DNA from: Solimonas flava
GTDB taxonomy: Bacteria; Pseudomonadota; Gammaproteobacteria; Nevskiales; Nevskiaceae
Direction: 5' to 3'
Length of the DNA stretch: 64,000 nucleotides
Assembly: GCA_040391865.1 (NCBI GenBank)
Contig: JBEBWZ010000002.1
Location: 5,446-69,445 of the forward strand
Position 1 is the first letter of the stretch. Every line of letters starts with the position of its first letter. Made by a program: the position numbers and the translations under genes. Of the stretch, positions 18,888-28,279 are shown piece by piece. The notes below the pieces were generated by a model that worked only from the letters and a program-made list of their open reading frames with translations, ran no database searches and had not been told where the DNA came from.

Positions 18888-19538
18888 TCAGATGGGTCGC
18901 GTGCAGCCGTAAAGGAAGGTGCGCACGGCATCGCGCAGAAAGGCATCGAGAGCGCGCCCCGGCGGCATCGGCGCCAGGCCGAGCAGCATCCGGAATACCG
19001 GGAACGAGCGCACGATGTTCATGAAATGGATCGCCGCCAGTTCGGCATCCGGACAGACCATCAGGCCGGCCTCATGCTGGCGCGCGAAGAACACCGACAA
19101 CGATTGCATGCCGCGCTGCGGCCCGCTCTCGTACATGCGCTGCGCCAGTTCCGGGAACTGTCCGGCGGCGGCGATCATCGCACGATGCAGGCGCAGCCGC
19201 TCCGGCGACAGGAACAGGCGCATGGCGCGGTGCGCCAGCTTGATCAGGGTCTTTTCCAGATCGTCTTCGACCTGCGCCGGAATCGCCACTTCATCGAGCA
19301 TCAGCTGGCACTGCGCTTCGATCATCGCGCCGAACAGACCGTCCTTGCTGCCGAAGTACTGATAGACGCTGGCCTTCGAACCGCCGACCCGGCCGACGAC
19401 ATCGTCGATGCTGGCCGCGAGATAACCCTTTTCCATGAACACTTCACGCGCCGCTTCGAGAAACGCCTCGCGGCGCTGCTCGCCACGGCGCGTCAGCGTT
19501 GGCGGTGCGGGGGTTTTCTTCGCGTTGACTTTGGCCAT
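18888..19538 (-). CDS. TetR-family transcriptional regulator
   Basis: ATG at 19538 (MAKVNAKK...). HTH REAFLEAAREVFMEKGYLAASIDDVVGRVGGSKASVYQYFGSKDGLF. Its stop is 12 nt upstream of the tolC-like start. Confidence 0.85.
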   Translation of the reverse strand: MAKVNAKKTPAPPTLTRRGEQRREAFLEAAREVFMEKGYLAASIDDVVGRVGGSKASVYQYFGSKDGLFGAMIEAQCQLMLDEVAIPAQVEDDLEKTLIKLAHRAMRLFLSPERLRLHRAMIAAAGQFPELAQRMYESGPQRGMQSLSVFFARQHEAGLMVCPDAELAAIHFMNIVRSFPVFRMLLGLAPMPPGRALDAFLRDAVRTFLYGCTRPI

Positions 19539-19550
19539 GCCCAAGATCAG

Positions 19551-19575
19551 AATGAACTGTAACGTTCAGTACATT
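19551..19575. promoter_or_regulatory. candidate TetR operator (imperfect palindrome) in the tetR/emrA divergent region
   Basis: AATGAACTGTAAcGTTCAGTACATT: 9 of 12 positions pair around the central C. It lies between the tetR start (19538) and the emrA-like start (19612). Confidence 0.4.
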
Positions 19576-19611
19576 ATCAGCAGCACCACGAACTCCGCAA
19601 CCAGCGACCCC

Positions 19612-20673
19612 ATGGCCACTTCCCAGAAAGCCCGCACCGTCCGCATTGTCCTGCTGTCCGCCCTCGTGCTGGTCGCGCTCGGTTTCGGCGCGCGCTGGTG
19701 GCTGCATGGACGGTTCATCGAAAGCACCGACAATGCCTATGTCCGCGCCGACATCACCGCGATCACTTCGCGCATCAGCGGCGAGATCCTCGAAGTCGCC
19801 GTGACCAACAACCAGGCGGTGCGCAAGGACGATCTGCTGCTGCGCATCGACGCCGCCGATTACCAGGCACGTCTGGCCAACGCGCGCGCGGCCGTCTCGG
19901 TGCGTGAAGCGGCGCTGGTCGCCAACGATGAGCAACAGACGCTGCAGCAATCGCTGATTGCCGAAGCCCGCGCAACGCTGCGCGCCGCCGAGGCCGAAGG
20001 CACGCGCCTGCAGGCGGACTGGAAACGTGCGGAAACCCTGGTCAAGGACGGCGTCGCCAGCAAACAGCGGCTGGAAACCGCGACCGCCGCATATCAGTCT
20101 GCGCGGGCGCAGGTGGAGCGCGCCCATGCCGGTGTGCAGGCGGCGTTGCAGCAGGTGGCCTCGCTGGTGGCCGACCGCGCGCGGATCGGCGCCGAGCTGC
20201 AGGCGGCGCAGGCGGGCGTGAAGCTGGCCGAGATCGATCTCGCCGCCACCGAGGTGCGCGCACCGCGCGACGGCAGTGTCGGCGATCTGTCGGCACGGGT
20301 CGGCGAGCGCATCACTGCCGGGCGACGGCTGCTGTCGATCGTGCCGCTCGATGAGGTGTTCGTCGAAGCCAATTTCAAGGAAACCCAGCTGACGCGGATG
20401 AGCGTGGGCCAGCAGGTCGAGATCAGGATCGATGCCTATCCCGGCCAGGCACTGGCCGGGCGTCTGCAAAGCGTCTCGCCCGCCAGCGGCGCCGAGTTCG
20501 CACTGCTGCCGCCGGACAACGCCACCGGCAACTTCAACAAGATCGTGCAGCGCGTCCCGGTCAAGATCCTGTTCGACACTTTCGGCGAACTCGGCGGTCG
20601 CCTGCGCCCCGGCATGTCGGTGGAAGTGACGATCGATACCCGCACCACGCCGACGACTGGCAGCGCTCACTAA
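19612..20673 (+). CDS. emrA: HlyD/EmrA-family membrane fusion protein
   Basis: ATG at 19612 gives MATSQKARTVRIVLLSALVLVALGFGARWW (TM anchor), followed by TDNAYVRADITAITSRISGEILEV, a coiled-coil segment, and the C-terminal NATGNFNKIVQRVPVKI. Confidence 0.85.
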   Translation: MATSQKARTVRIVLLSALVLVALGFGARWWLHGRFIESTDNAYVRADITAITSRISGEILEVAVTNNQAVRKDDLLLRIDAADYQARLANARAAVSVREAALVANDEQQTLQQSLIAEARATLRAAEAEGTRLQADWKRAETLVKDGVASKQRLETATAAYQSARAQVERAHAGVQAALQQVASLVADRARIGAELQAAQAGVKLAEIDLAATEVRAPRDGSVGDLSARVGERITAGRRLLSIVPLDEVFVEANFKETQLTRMSVGQQVEIRIDAYPGQALAGRLQSVSPASGAEFALLPPDNATGNFNKIVQRVPVKILFDTFGELGGRLRPGMSVEVTIDTRTTPTTGSAH

Positions 20674-20691
20674 TCCGCGGATCGCGCTGCG

Positions 20692-22287
20692 ATGAACGAC
20701 GACGTTCTCGGACCCGGCCACGGCGCGATGAGCGCCGAGCAGCGGCGCGCGGCGGAACGGCGCGCGTGGTTCGGCTTCTTCGCGATGATCTTCGGCAATT
20801 TCATGGCGATCCTCGATATCCAGATCGTCGCCAGCAGTCTCAATGAAATCCAGGCCGGACTCTCCGCCAGCGCCGAGGAACTGACCTGGGTCCAGACCAG
20901 CTATCTGATCGCGGAGGTGATCGCGATCCCGCTGTCCGGCTTCATGTCGCGGCTGCTGTCCACCCGCATCTACTTCGTGCTGTGTGCGGTCGGGTTCACG
21001 CTCGCCAGTGTCGCCTGCGCGTTTGCGTGGAACATCGAATCGATGATCGTGTTCCGCGCACTGCAGGGCTTTCTCGGCGGCGGCATGATTCCCACCACCG
21101 CCGCCACCATCTTCATCATGTTCCCGCCGGACAAGCGCACCATGCCGCTGGTGGCGATGGGCCTGGTCTCGACCCTGGCGCCGGCGCTGGGCCCGACCAT
21201 CGGCGGCTATCTGACGCAGCTGTTCTCGTGGCACTGGCTGTTCCTGATCAATCTGGTGCCGGGCCTTGCGGTGTCGGTGATCGTCTGGTCGCTGGTGCAT
21301 ATCGACAAGCCGGACTGGTCGCTGCTGCGCACCATCGATTTCATCGGCCTGGCGCTGATGGCCTGCTTTCTCGGCAGTCTCGAATACGTGCTCGACGAAG
21401 GACCGCGCAAGGACTGGCTGGCGGACGGCCACGTCCGCATCATGGCTCTGGTCGCGGTGCTCGGCGGCATCGGCTTCTTCTGGCGTTCGTTCACCGCGCA
21501 ACATCCGATCGTGCAACTGCGCACCTACCACGATCGCAACTTTGCCGCCGGCAGCGTGGTCGCGTTCGTGGTCGGCGTATTGCTCTACGGCATCGTCTAT
21601 CTGGTGCCGCTGTATTTCGGCAGCGTGCGCGGCTACAACAGTCTGCAGATCGGCCACGTGATGATGATCACCGGCATCGCGATGTTCCTGTCGGCACCGC
21701 TGGCCGGACAGGCACAGAAGCGGCTGGAGCCGCGGGTGATGCTCGCTTACGGCCTCGGCATGGTGGCACTGGGCACCTGGCTCAACGCCAACCTGACCAC
21801 CGAGTCGGGCATGGTCGAGTTCCTGCTGCCGCAGCTGCTGCGCGGTCACGGCTTCATGTTCTGCATGCTGCCGATGACCAATCTCGCACTGGGCACGCTG
21901 CCGATGCACGAGGTCAAGAACGGCAGTGGCCTGTTCAACCTGATGCGCAACCTCGGCGGCGCGATCGGTCTGGCGGTGATCAACACGCTGCTGGCCGAAC
22001 GCAACGCCTTCCACTGGTCGCATCTGTCGAACAGCGTTTCGCTGTCGCGCGAGCCGGTGCGTGAAGCACTGCAACAAGGCACCGAGGCCCTGACTCCCGC
22101 GCTCGGCGCGGTCGATGCGCAGGCAGCGGCGGTCGCGATGCTCGGCCACCGCGTCGCGCAACAGGCGGCGGTGATGACCTACAACGACCTGTTCCTGCTG
22201 CTGTCGGCACTGGTCACGGTGGCGCTGCTGATGGTGCCGCTGATCCAGAAACCGAAAACCATCGTCAGTCCTGCGGAAGCGCACTGA
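20692..22287 (+). CDS. emrB: DHA2-family MFS drug efflux transporter (EmrB/QacA type, 14 TM)
   Basis: 531 aa. FMAILDIQIVASSL, FRALQGFLGGGMIP, and many hydrophobic segments. Immediately follows the emrA-like gene. Confidence 0.85.
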   Translation: MNDDVLGPGHGAMSAEQRRAAERRAWFGFFAMIFGNFMAILDIQIVASSLNEIQAGLSASAEELTWVQTSYLIAEVIAIPLSGFMSRLLSTRIYFVLCAVGFTLASVACAFAWNIESMIVFRALQGFLGGGMIPTTAATIFIMFPPDKRTMPLVAMGLVSTLAPALGPTIGGYLTQLFSWHWLFLINLVPGLAVSVIVWSLVHIDKPDWSLLRTIDFIGLALMACFLGSLEYVLDEGPRKDWLADGHVRIMALVAVLGGIGFFWRSFTAQHPIVQLRTYHDRNFAAGSVVAFVVGVLLYGIVYLVPLYFGSVRGYNSLQIGHVMMITGIAMFLSAPLAGQAQKRLEPRVMLAYGLGMVALGTWLNANLTTESGMVEFLLPQLLRGHGFMFCMLPMTNLALGTLPMHEVKNGSGLFNLMRNLGGAIGLAVINTLLAERNAFHWSHLSNSVSLSREPVREALQQGTEALTPALGAVDAQAAAVAMLGHRVAQQAAVMTYNDLFLLLSALVTVALLMVPLIQKPKTIVSPAEAH

Positions 22288-22328
22288 GCGCGCAGCTTCG
22301 GTAGGCTTGCGCCTTCCCTTCCAAGGTC

Positions 22329-22859
22329 GTGACCGCGATGAGCCCTTCCGAGAAAACCAGCCGCAGCGTTGCCTACTCCGCCGTCCTCGATCAGGTCTAC
22401 ATGGTGTTTCCCAACGACCTGAACGCCAACGACACGGTGTTCGGTGGCCTGATCATGGCGCAGATGGACCGCTTCGCGGCCGTGGTTGCCGATCGGCATG
22501 CCAGCAGTGTCTGCGTCACCGCCAGTGTCGACGCGGTGCATTTCATCGCCCCCGCGCGGCGCGGCGACGTGCTGATCTTCAACGCCGCGGTCAATCGCGC
22601 CTGGCACAGCTCGATGGAAGTCGGGGTCAAGGTCGATGCGCAGAGCCATGACGGCAACAACCGCCGCCACATCCTGTCGGCCTACCTGACCTTCGTGGCG
22701 CTGGACAGCGCCGGGAAACCGCGGCCGGTGCCGGAACTGCTGCCGGAAACACAGCTGGAGCAGCATCGCTACGAGGAAGCACAGTTGCGCCGCGAAGCGC
22801 GTCTGCGCCATGCCGAGGATCTGAAACAGCTGCGCGCGCAGCGCGGACTGCCGGGATAA
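22329..22859 (+). CDS. acyl-CoA thioesterase (hotdog fold, YciA-like)
   Basis: VFPNDLNANDTVFGGLIMAQMDRFAAVVADRH...VTASVDAVHFIAPARRGDVL...SSMEVGVKV. GTG start at 22329 (alternative ATG at 22338). Confidence 0.8.
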   Translation: MTAMSPSEKTSRSVAYSAVLDQVYMVFPNDLNANDTVFGGLIMAQMDRFAAVVADRHASSVCVTASVDAVHFIAPARRGDVLIFNAAVNRAWHSSMEVGVKVDAQSHDGNNRRHILSAYLTFVALDSAGKPRPVPELLPETQLEQHRYEEAQLRREARLRHAEDLKQLRAQRGLPG

Positions 22860-22999
22860 GCCGGTTCCGCGGGCAACGCAGGTCGGTCTCAAGCGCGCAG
22901 CGCGGAGCCGACCTCCGAATCTGAAGGCTTACAACCAATGCCTGCGGCTTGATCCGCCCGACGCAAAATCGCGGGGCAGCACACAGCCGGTCTGAACGC

Positions 23000-23167
23000 T
23001 CAAACCGCCAGCAGCGCCTGCAACAGACCCACGCCGCCGATCAGGATCGCCAGCACCGCAACGGCAAAATTGAGCGCTGCGATGCGCGGGCGGGAGCCGG
23101 CGCCAATGGGCTGAGCATCGGCCACCGCAGCCATGCGGATAAAGGGTTCACTGCGCTCGATGGTCAT
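23000..23167 (-). CDS. small (55 aa) hypothetical membrane protein
   Basis: ATG at 23167 is preceded by a near-perfect SD (AAGGAGGTGCGTC ATG on the minus strand). MTIERSEPFIRMAAVADAQPIGAGSRPRIAALNFAVAVLAILIGGVGLLQALLAV carries one C-terminal TM helix. The ORF-track extension to 23242 is rejected. Confidence 0.6.
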   Translation of the reverse strand: MTIERSEPFIRMAAVADAQPIGAGSRPRIAALNFAVAVLAILIGGVGLLQALLAV

Positions 23168-23278
23168 GACGCACCTCCTTAGGGCGCACCATTGTCGGGG
23201 CGGCACAGATAAATAACAGATACAGAAATTACCAATAAACAAAGCACAGACAGAGCACAGATGTCGTAAGCTTCAGCG

Positions 23279-23295
23279 GGATTTTCCGAAAATCC
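23279..23295. promoter_or_regulatory. perfect palindrome just upstream of the MocR start (candidate operator)
   Basis: GGATTTTC-c-GAAAATCC at 23279..23295, ending 10 nt before ATG 23306 and abutting the GGAG RBS. Five ACAGA repeats occur just upstream (23205-23261). Confidence 0.4.
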
Positions 23296-23305
23296 GGAGT
23301 TTTCG

Positions 23306-24790
23306 ATGTCAGACACTCTCCTTCCTGCCTCCCACACCGCCCGCGAGCCGCATTACATGGACGTCGCCCAGCGGATTCAGGACGACATCGGCAATGGCGC
23401 ACTGCGTCCTGGCGCCCGCATTCCGTCGGTGCGCGAGATGAGCCGCCAGACGCAACGCAGCGTCACCACCGTGTTGCGCGCCTACGAGCACCTCGAAGCC
23501 TGCGGGGCGATCGAATCGCGGCCGCGCTCCGGTTACTTCGTGCGCAGTGCCCTGGTCGCCGCGGAACCGCCGCCGCGCACCGCGGCGGTGCTGTCGGGTC
23601 CGCCCAGCCTGATCTCCACCGAACTGGTGTCGACGGTGCTGTCGACGCTGAATCAGCCGGATTTCTTCAGCTTCGGCCATACCGTGCCGGCACAGGCGCT
23701 GGCGCCGGTGGCGCAGCTCAACCGCATCGCACGCAACCTGATCAACACGGCGCCGAATCTGACGGTGCCCTATCTGATGTCGCCCGGCTACGAAAAGCTG
23801 CGGCAACAGATCGCGGCCCGGCTGAGCGCCCATCGCGTCGCGACCGAGCCCGACGACGTGATCATCACCAGCGGCGCACTCGAAGCGATCAATCTCGGCA
23901 TCCGCATGCTGACGCGGCCCGGCGACACCATCCTGATGGAAAGCCCGACTTTCTACGGCCTGCTGCAAGCCGCCGAGGAACATGGCTTGCGCGTGATCGA
24001 ACTGCCCAACGATCCGCAGCGCGGCATCGATCCGGACGATCTGCGGCGCGCGGTGCAGCGTCACCGCATCGCCTGCGCGCTGCTGGTGCAGAACTTCAAC
24101 AACCCCACCGGCAGCCTGATGCCGGAGGACGCCAAGCGCGAAGTGGTGCGCACCCTGAATCACGCCGGGATTCCGCTGATCGAGGACGACATCTACGGTG
24201 AGCTGGGGTTTGCCAGCGGCCGCGCAACCCCGCTGAAAGCCTACGACGAAGCCGATCTGGTGCTGTACTGCTCGTCGGTCAGCAAGACCGTGTCATCGGG
24301 CCTGCGCGTCGGCTGGATCGCCTCGCGGCGCCATGCGCGCGAACTGACGCGGCGCAAGTTCACGCTGAACTGCGCGGCGCCCTCCCTGTCGCAGGTCATC
24401 GTCAGCCGCTATCTCGAATCCGGCGGCCACGAGCGTCATCTGCGCAAGGTGCGCACGATGCTGTGGCAGTCGATCGAACGGTTTACCGCAACCATCCAGC
24501 ACTGCTTTCCGGAAGGCACCCGCATTGCGCGCCCTCAGGGCGGTTTCGTGCTGTGGCTGGAACTGCCGCGTACGGTCGATGCGGTGACCTTGTTCCAGGC
24601 CGCAGCGCGCGAGCGCGTTGCGATCTGTCCGGGACCGCTGTTCTCGGCCAGCGGCCAGTATGCGCACCACATCCGCCTGAACTGCGCTTTGCCGTGGACA
24701 CCGCAGACCGAGCAGGCCCTGCAGACACTGGGGCGGGTGGCCTGTGCGCTGGCACGCCTGCCCGCCGCGGCGCCCTACAGCGTCGCGTAA
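23306..24790 (+). CDS. MocR/GabR-type regulator (GntR wHTH fused to a PLP aminotransferase-like domain)
   Basis: 494 aa. N-terminal GntR HTH (PGARIPSVREMSRQTQRSVTTVLRAYEHLEACGAIESRPRSGYFV) plus a fold-type-I aminotransferase domain (NFNNPTGS..., SSVSKTVSSGLRVGW with the PLP lysine). Confidence 0.9.
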   Translation: MSDTLLPASHTAREPHYMDVAQRIQDDIGNGALRPGARIPSVREMSRQTQRSVTTVLRAYEHLEACGAIESRPRSGYFVRSALVAAEPPPRTAAVLSGPPSLISTELVSTVLSTLNQPDFFSFGHTVPAQALAPVAQLNRIARNLINTAPNLTVPYLMSPGYEKLRQQIAARLSAHRVATEPDDVIITSGALEAINLGIRMLTRPGDTILMESPTFYGLLQAAEEHGLRVIELPNDPQRGIDPDDLRRAVQRHRIACALLVQNFNNPTGSLMPEDAKREVVRTLNHAGIPLIEDDIYGELGFASGRATPLKAYDEADLVLYCSSVSKTVSSGLRVGWIASRRHARELTRRKFTLNCAAPSLSQVIVSRYLESGGHERHLRKVRTMLWQSIERFTATIQHCFPEGTRIARPQGGFVLWLELPRTVDAVTLFQAAARERVAICPGPLFSASGQYAHHIRLNCALPWTPQTEQALQTLGRVACALARLPAAAPYSVA

Positions 24791-25722
24791 CGATCCGCGG
24801 CCGCCACCAGCCGCGACAGGATGCCGGGCTCGCTGGCGGCATGGCCGGCATCGTCCACGATCTGGAAATCCGCTTCCGGCCAGGCCAGATGCAGATCCCA
24901 GGCCGAGCGCATCGGGCAGACCACGTCATAGCGTCCCTGCACGATCGTTGCCGGGATGCCGCGCACGCGAGCGATGTTGGCCAGCAGCTGATCGTCGCGC
25001 TCGAAGAACCCCTTGTTGAAGAAGTAATGGCATTCGATGCGCGCGAAAGCCTCGGCAAAGCGGTCTGCGCCGAAGCGCGCCGCCAGATCGCGGCTCGGCA
25101 GCAGTTTGCTGGTCGCGCCCTCCCAGGTGCTCCAGGCATGTGCGGCGGCCACACGCACCGTGGCATCGGGACTGGTCAGGCGGCGGTAGTACGCCGCCAC
25201 GAAGTCGCCGCGCTCCGCCTCCGGAATCGCGGCCACGTAATGCGCCCAGGCATCCGGATAGATCCAGCTGGCGCCTTCCTGGTAGAACCAGTCGATCTCC
25301 GCCTTGCGCAACAGGAAGATGCCGCGCAGCACCAGCGCCTTGCAGCGCTGCGGATGAGTCTCGGCATAGGCCAGCGCCAGCGTCGAGCCCCAGGAGCCGC
25401 CGAATACCACCCACTGTTCGATCCCGAGCAGCGTGCGGATCCGCTCCAGGTCGGCGACCAGATCCCAGGTGGTGTTCTCGCGCAGCTCCGCATACGGCGT
25501 CGATCGGCCGCAGCCACGCTGATCGAACAGCACGATGCGGTACTGCTGCGGATTGAAGAACTGCCGCTGCCAAGGTTCCACGCCGCCGCCCGGGCCGCCG
25601 TGCACGAACACCACCGGTTTGCCGGCAGGATTGCCGCATTCCTCCACATACAGTTCATGCAAGGCCGAAACCGGCAGTCGGTGCGTGCGGTACGGCTCGA
25701 TTGCGGCATAGGGCTGTGCCAT
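24775..25722 (-). CDS. pip: prolyl aminopeptidase (proline iminopeptidase)
   Basis: ATG at 25722: MAQPYAAIEPYRTHRLPVSALHELYVEECGNPAGKPVVFVHGGPGGG...FDQRGCGRSTP...GGSWGSTLALAYA. The 3' end overlaps the convergent MocR gene by 16 nt. Confidence 0.9.
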   Translation of the reverse strand: MAQPYAAIEPYRTHRLPVSALHELYVEECGNPAGKPVVFVHGGPGGGVEPWQRQFFNPQQYRIVLFDQRGCGRSTPYAELRENTTWDLVADLERIRTLLGIEQWVVFGGSWGSTLALAYAETHPQRCKALVLRGIFLLRKAEIDWFYQEGASWIYPDAWAHYVAAIPEAERGDFVAAYYRRLTSPDATVRVAAAHAWSTWEGATSKLLPSRDLAARFGADRFAEAFARIECHYFFNKGFFERDDQLLANIARVRGIPATIVQGRYDVVCPMRSAWDLHLAWPEADFQIVDDAGHAASEPGILSRLVAAADRYATL

Positions 25723-25865
25723 GGAAACGCTCTCGCTGGGAAAGAAATCTGGAGGGAACCATAGCTTAATCGACGCAATCTCCATTGCTGCGTTTCAGGG
25801 CGCGCAGTACCATCTGCGCAACAAGGTCACGCGCGACTTCACGCGCGCCGCCGTCCGGTTGAACG

Positions 25866-27701
25866 ATGGTGTCGAACTCCAGCATCAGGCCTTATCTCGC
25901 GGTGATTCTCGGCGGTTTCTGTGCGGCCGCGGCGGCACAAACGCCGCCCCCGCCTGCCGTCGCCGGCATGGCGGCAGCGCCCCCACCGGCAGCATCACTT
26001 CCAGGCGCGATCGTTGCACCGCTGCCGGCGGAAGCCCCTCCTGCCGCAACAGCGATCACCGCCGCTCCAGAGGCGGCAGCCGTGACTCCCGCCGCGACCA
26101 ATCCGCTGCCGTTTCCGGCACCCGCGGCCGCGCTCGCGGCTCCGGCCAAGAGCGATGCGCTGTTCCCGCGCTACGCGAAACTGAATCCGTCGGTGCAGTT
26201 CTGGACCAAGGTGTTTGGCCAGTACTCGGAACTGCAGAGCGTGGTGCATTCCGCCGCGCATCCCGAAAGGATCTTCGAGGTGCTGGATTTCCGTGCCGAG
26301 GCACAAAGCGCCGCCAACAAGTTCGTCCTCGAGAAATCGCGGGTCGCGCAGGAAAAGGCAGCGAAGGAACGCTTCGAGGATCTGCTGAAGCAGGTGCACC
26401 GCAAGCAGAACGCGCCGGAGACCATGACCTTCGACGAGCGTCGCGTCTACGAGATGTTCAAGCACCTCAGCGGCGAAAAACGGTTCCTGAACCTGCTCGG
26501 CACGGTACGCACGCAGCGCGGTCTGAAGGAGCGCACCGAACAGGCGCTGCAGATCGCCGACCGCTATCTGCCGCTGATGGAGCGCACGTTTGCGAGCTAC
26601 AACCTGCCGCCGCAGCTGACGCGCCTGCCGATCGTCGAATCCAGCTTCAACGTCGAGGCCTATTCGAAATCGCATGCCGCCGGCATGTGGCAGTTCATTC
26701 CCTCGTCGGCACGCATCTACATGCGCCTCGACGACGTGGTGGATGATCGCCGCGATCCGTGGACCTCGACCGACGCCGCCGCGCGCCATCTGCGTGACGA
26801 CTACGCGCTGCTCGGCGACTGGCCGCTGGCGCTGACCGCCTACAACCACGGCCGCAACGGTATCGCACGCGCACTGCAGGCGACCGGCGGCACCACGCTG
26901 ATGGACCTGATCGAGCGCCATGAACATCCGCGCTGGGGCTTTGCCGGCAAGAACTATTACGCCGAGTTTCTGGCGGCGCTCGATGTCGAACGCGAATACC
27001 GCCAGCGCACACAGCCGCAGCGCAGCAAGGATCCGTTCGCGTTCGAGGTGGTCGAGACCCGCCACTACGTGCCTTACGAGACCCTGCGACAGCTGTGCGG
27101 TGCCGACGACGAGATGTTCCGCAAGCTCAACCCCGCGTATCGGCCGGAAGTGATCGAAGGCAAGCTGTACGTGCCGCCGGGCCATCTGATCCGCGTGCCG
27201 GCGGGGCGCGCGCAGCCGTTCCAGGTGGCGTATGCGCGGCTCGGCGCCAACGAGCGCTTCGACGCGCAGCGCGTGCAGTTCCTGCTGCACCGGGTAAAGA
27301 AAGGCGAAGTGCTGGGTCGCATCGCCAACCGGTACGACACCACCACCGCCGCGATCCTGCGCGCCAACGATCTGCGCAGCGCCAACATGCTGCGTGTCGG
27401 ACAGGTGCTGAAGGTGCCGCCGCATACCGAATCGCGCCCGGGACCGATCACCGTCGCCGTCGGCGAGTCAAAGCCGGCGCAGACCCGCGCGCAGAAGCAG
27501 GCCGAGTCGCAGTCACGCAGCAGCAAGCCGGCCAGCAAGAAACCGGCATTCAAGGTGCACAAGGTGCGCGCCGGGCAGACGCTGCATTCGATTGCGCGCA
27601 GCTATCACGTGTCGGTCTCCGATCTGCGCACCGCCAACAACCTTGGCAATTCCAGCCACATCACGGTCGGGCAGAAGCTGAAGGTACCGGTCAGCAGCTG
27701 A
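25866..27701 (+). CDS. mltD: lytic murein transglycosylase with C-terminal LysM repeats (MltD-like)
   Basis: 611 aa. Signal peptide and an Ala/Pro-rich linker. SLT catalytic region (PIVESSFNVEAYSKSHAAGMWQFIPSSAR). Two LysM motifs (HRVKKGEVLGRIANRYDTTTAAILRANDL...VGQVLKVP and HKVRAGQTLHSIARSYHVSVSDLRTANNL...VGQKLKVP). Confidence 0.85.
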   Translation: MVSNSSIRPYLAVILGGFCAAAAAQTPPPPAVAGMAAAPPPAASLPGAIVAPLPAEAPPAATAITAAPEAAAVTPAATNPLPFPAPAAALAAPAKSDALFPRYAKLNPSVQFWTKVFGQYSELQSVVHSAAHPERIFEVLDFRAEAQSAANKFVLEKSRVAQEKAAKERFEDLLKQVHRKQNAPETMTFDERRVYEMFKHLSGEKRFLNLLGTVRTQRGLKERTEQALQIADRYLPLMERTFASYNLPPQLTRLPIVESSFNVEAYSKSHAAGMWQFIPSSARIYMRLDDVVDDRRDPWTSTDAAARHLRDDYALLGDWPLALTAYNHGRNGIARALQATGGTTLMDLIERHEHPRWGFAGKNYYAEFLAALDVEREYRQRTQPQRSKDPFAFEVVETRHYVPYETLRQLCGADDEMFRKLNPAYRPEVIEGKLYVPPGHLIRVPAGRAQPFQVAYARLGANERFDAQRVQFLLHRVKKGEVLGRIANRYDTTTAAILRANDLRSANMLRVGQVLKVPPHTESRPGPITVAVGESKPAQTRAQKQAESQSRSSKPASKKPAFKVHKVRAGQTLHSIARSYHVSVSDLRTANNLGNSSHITVGQKLKVPVSS

Positions 27702-27722
27702 GCGCGGCGCGCAAGCACGCGC

Positions 27723-28223
27723 TCAGATGAAGTACGCGAACACGAAGATCCCGAGCATCGCCAGCGAGATCGCCAGCTTGGCGACGGTACCGAGCAGCAG
27801 CCCGACCCAGGTCGCCACGCCTACGGTCGCCGCCTGTCCGACATCGCGGCGCGCGCTCAGCTCACCGATCACCGCGCCGACGAAGGGCCCGAGGATCAGT
27901 CCCGGCAGCCCGAAAAAGATGCCGACGATGCTGCCGAGCAGCGCGCCGGTAATGGCCTGACGACTGGCCCCCACCCGCTGCGCGCCCATCGCCGAAGCGA
28001 TGAAGTCCAGCGCCATGGCTATCACCGTCAGTATCGCCAGCACCACCACGGTCATCACGCTGACGCGCTCGTAGCCGTCGATATGCGCGCCCAGCCAGAA
28101 GCCGGCAAACGCCAGCGGGATACCCGGCAGTACCGGCACGATGATGCCGGCCAGACCGACGCCGATCAGGAGGATGGCCAGAGCCCACAACAGCCACGGC
28201 AGCAAAGACGCATCCATATGCAC
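27723..28223 (-). CDS. DUF456-family membrane protein
   Basis: 166 aa with four hydrophobic segments. GIIVPVLPGIPLAFAGFWL and GLILGPFVGAVIGEL are typical of DUF456. Confidence 0.75.
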   Translation of the reverse strand: MHMDASLLPWLLWALAILLIGVGLAGIIVPVLPGIPLAFAGFWLGAHIDGYERVSVMTVVVLAILTVIAMALDFIASAMGAQRVGASRQAITGALLGSIVGIFFGLPGLILGPFVGAVIGELSARRDVGQAATVGVATWVGLLLGTVAKLAISLAMLGIFVFAYFI

Positions 28224-28279
28224 ACGCTCCTGATAGACGGAGCGTCAGTCTAGCGGTCACAGATGAACCGCAGCCACGC

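Noticed and set aside
19444-22284. 946-aa minus-strand ORF
   Set aside because: It is antisense to the emrA and emrB homologues. Composition is Arg/Gly/Ala/His-rich with no recognisable motifs. This is a high-GC artefact.
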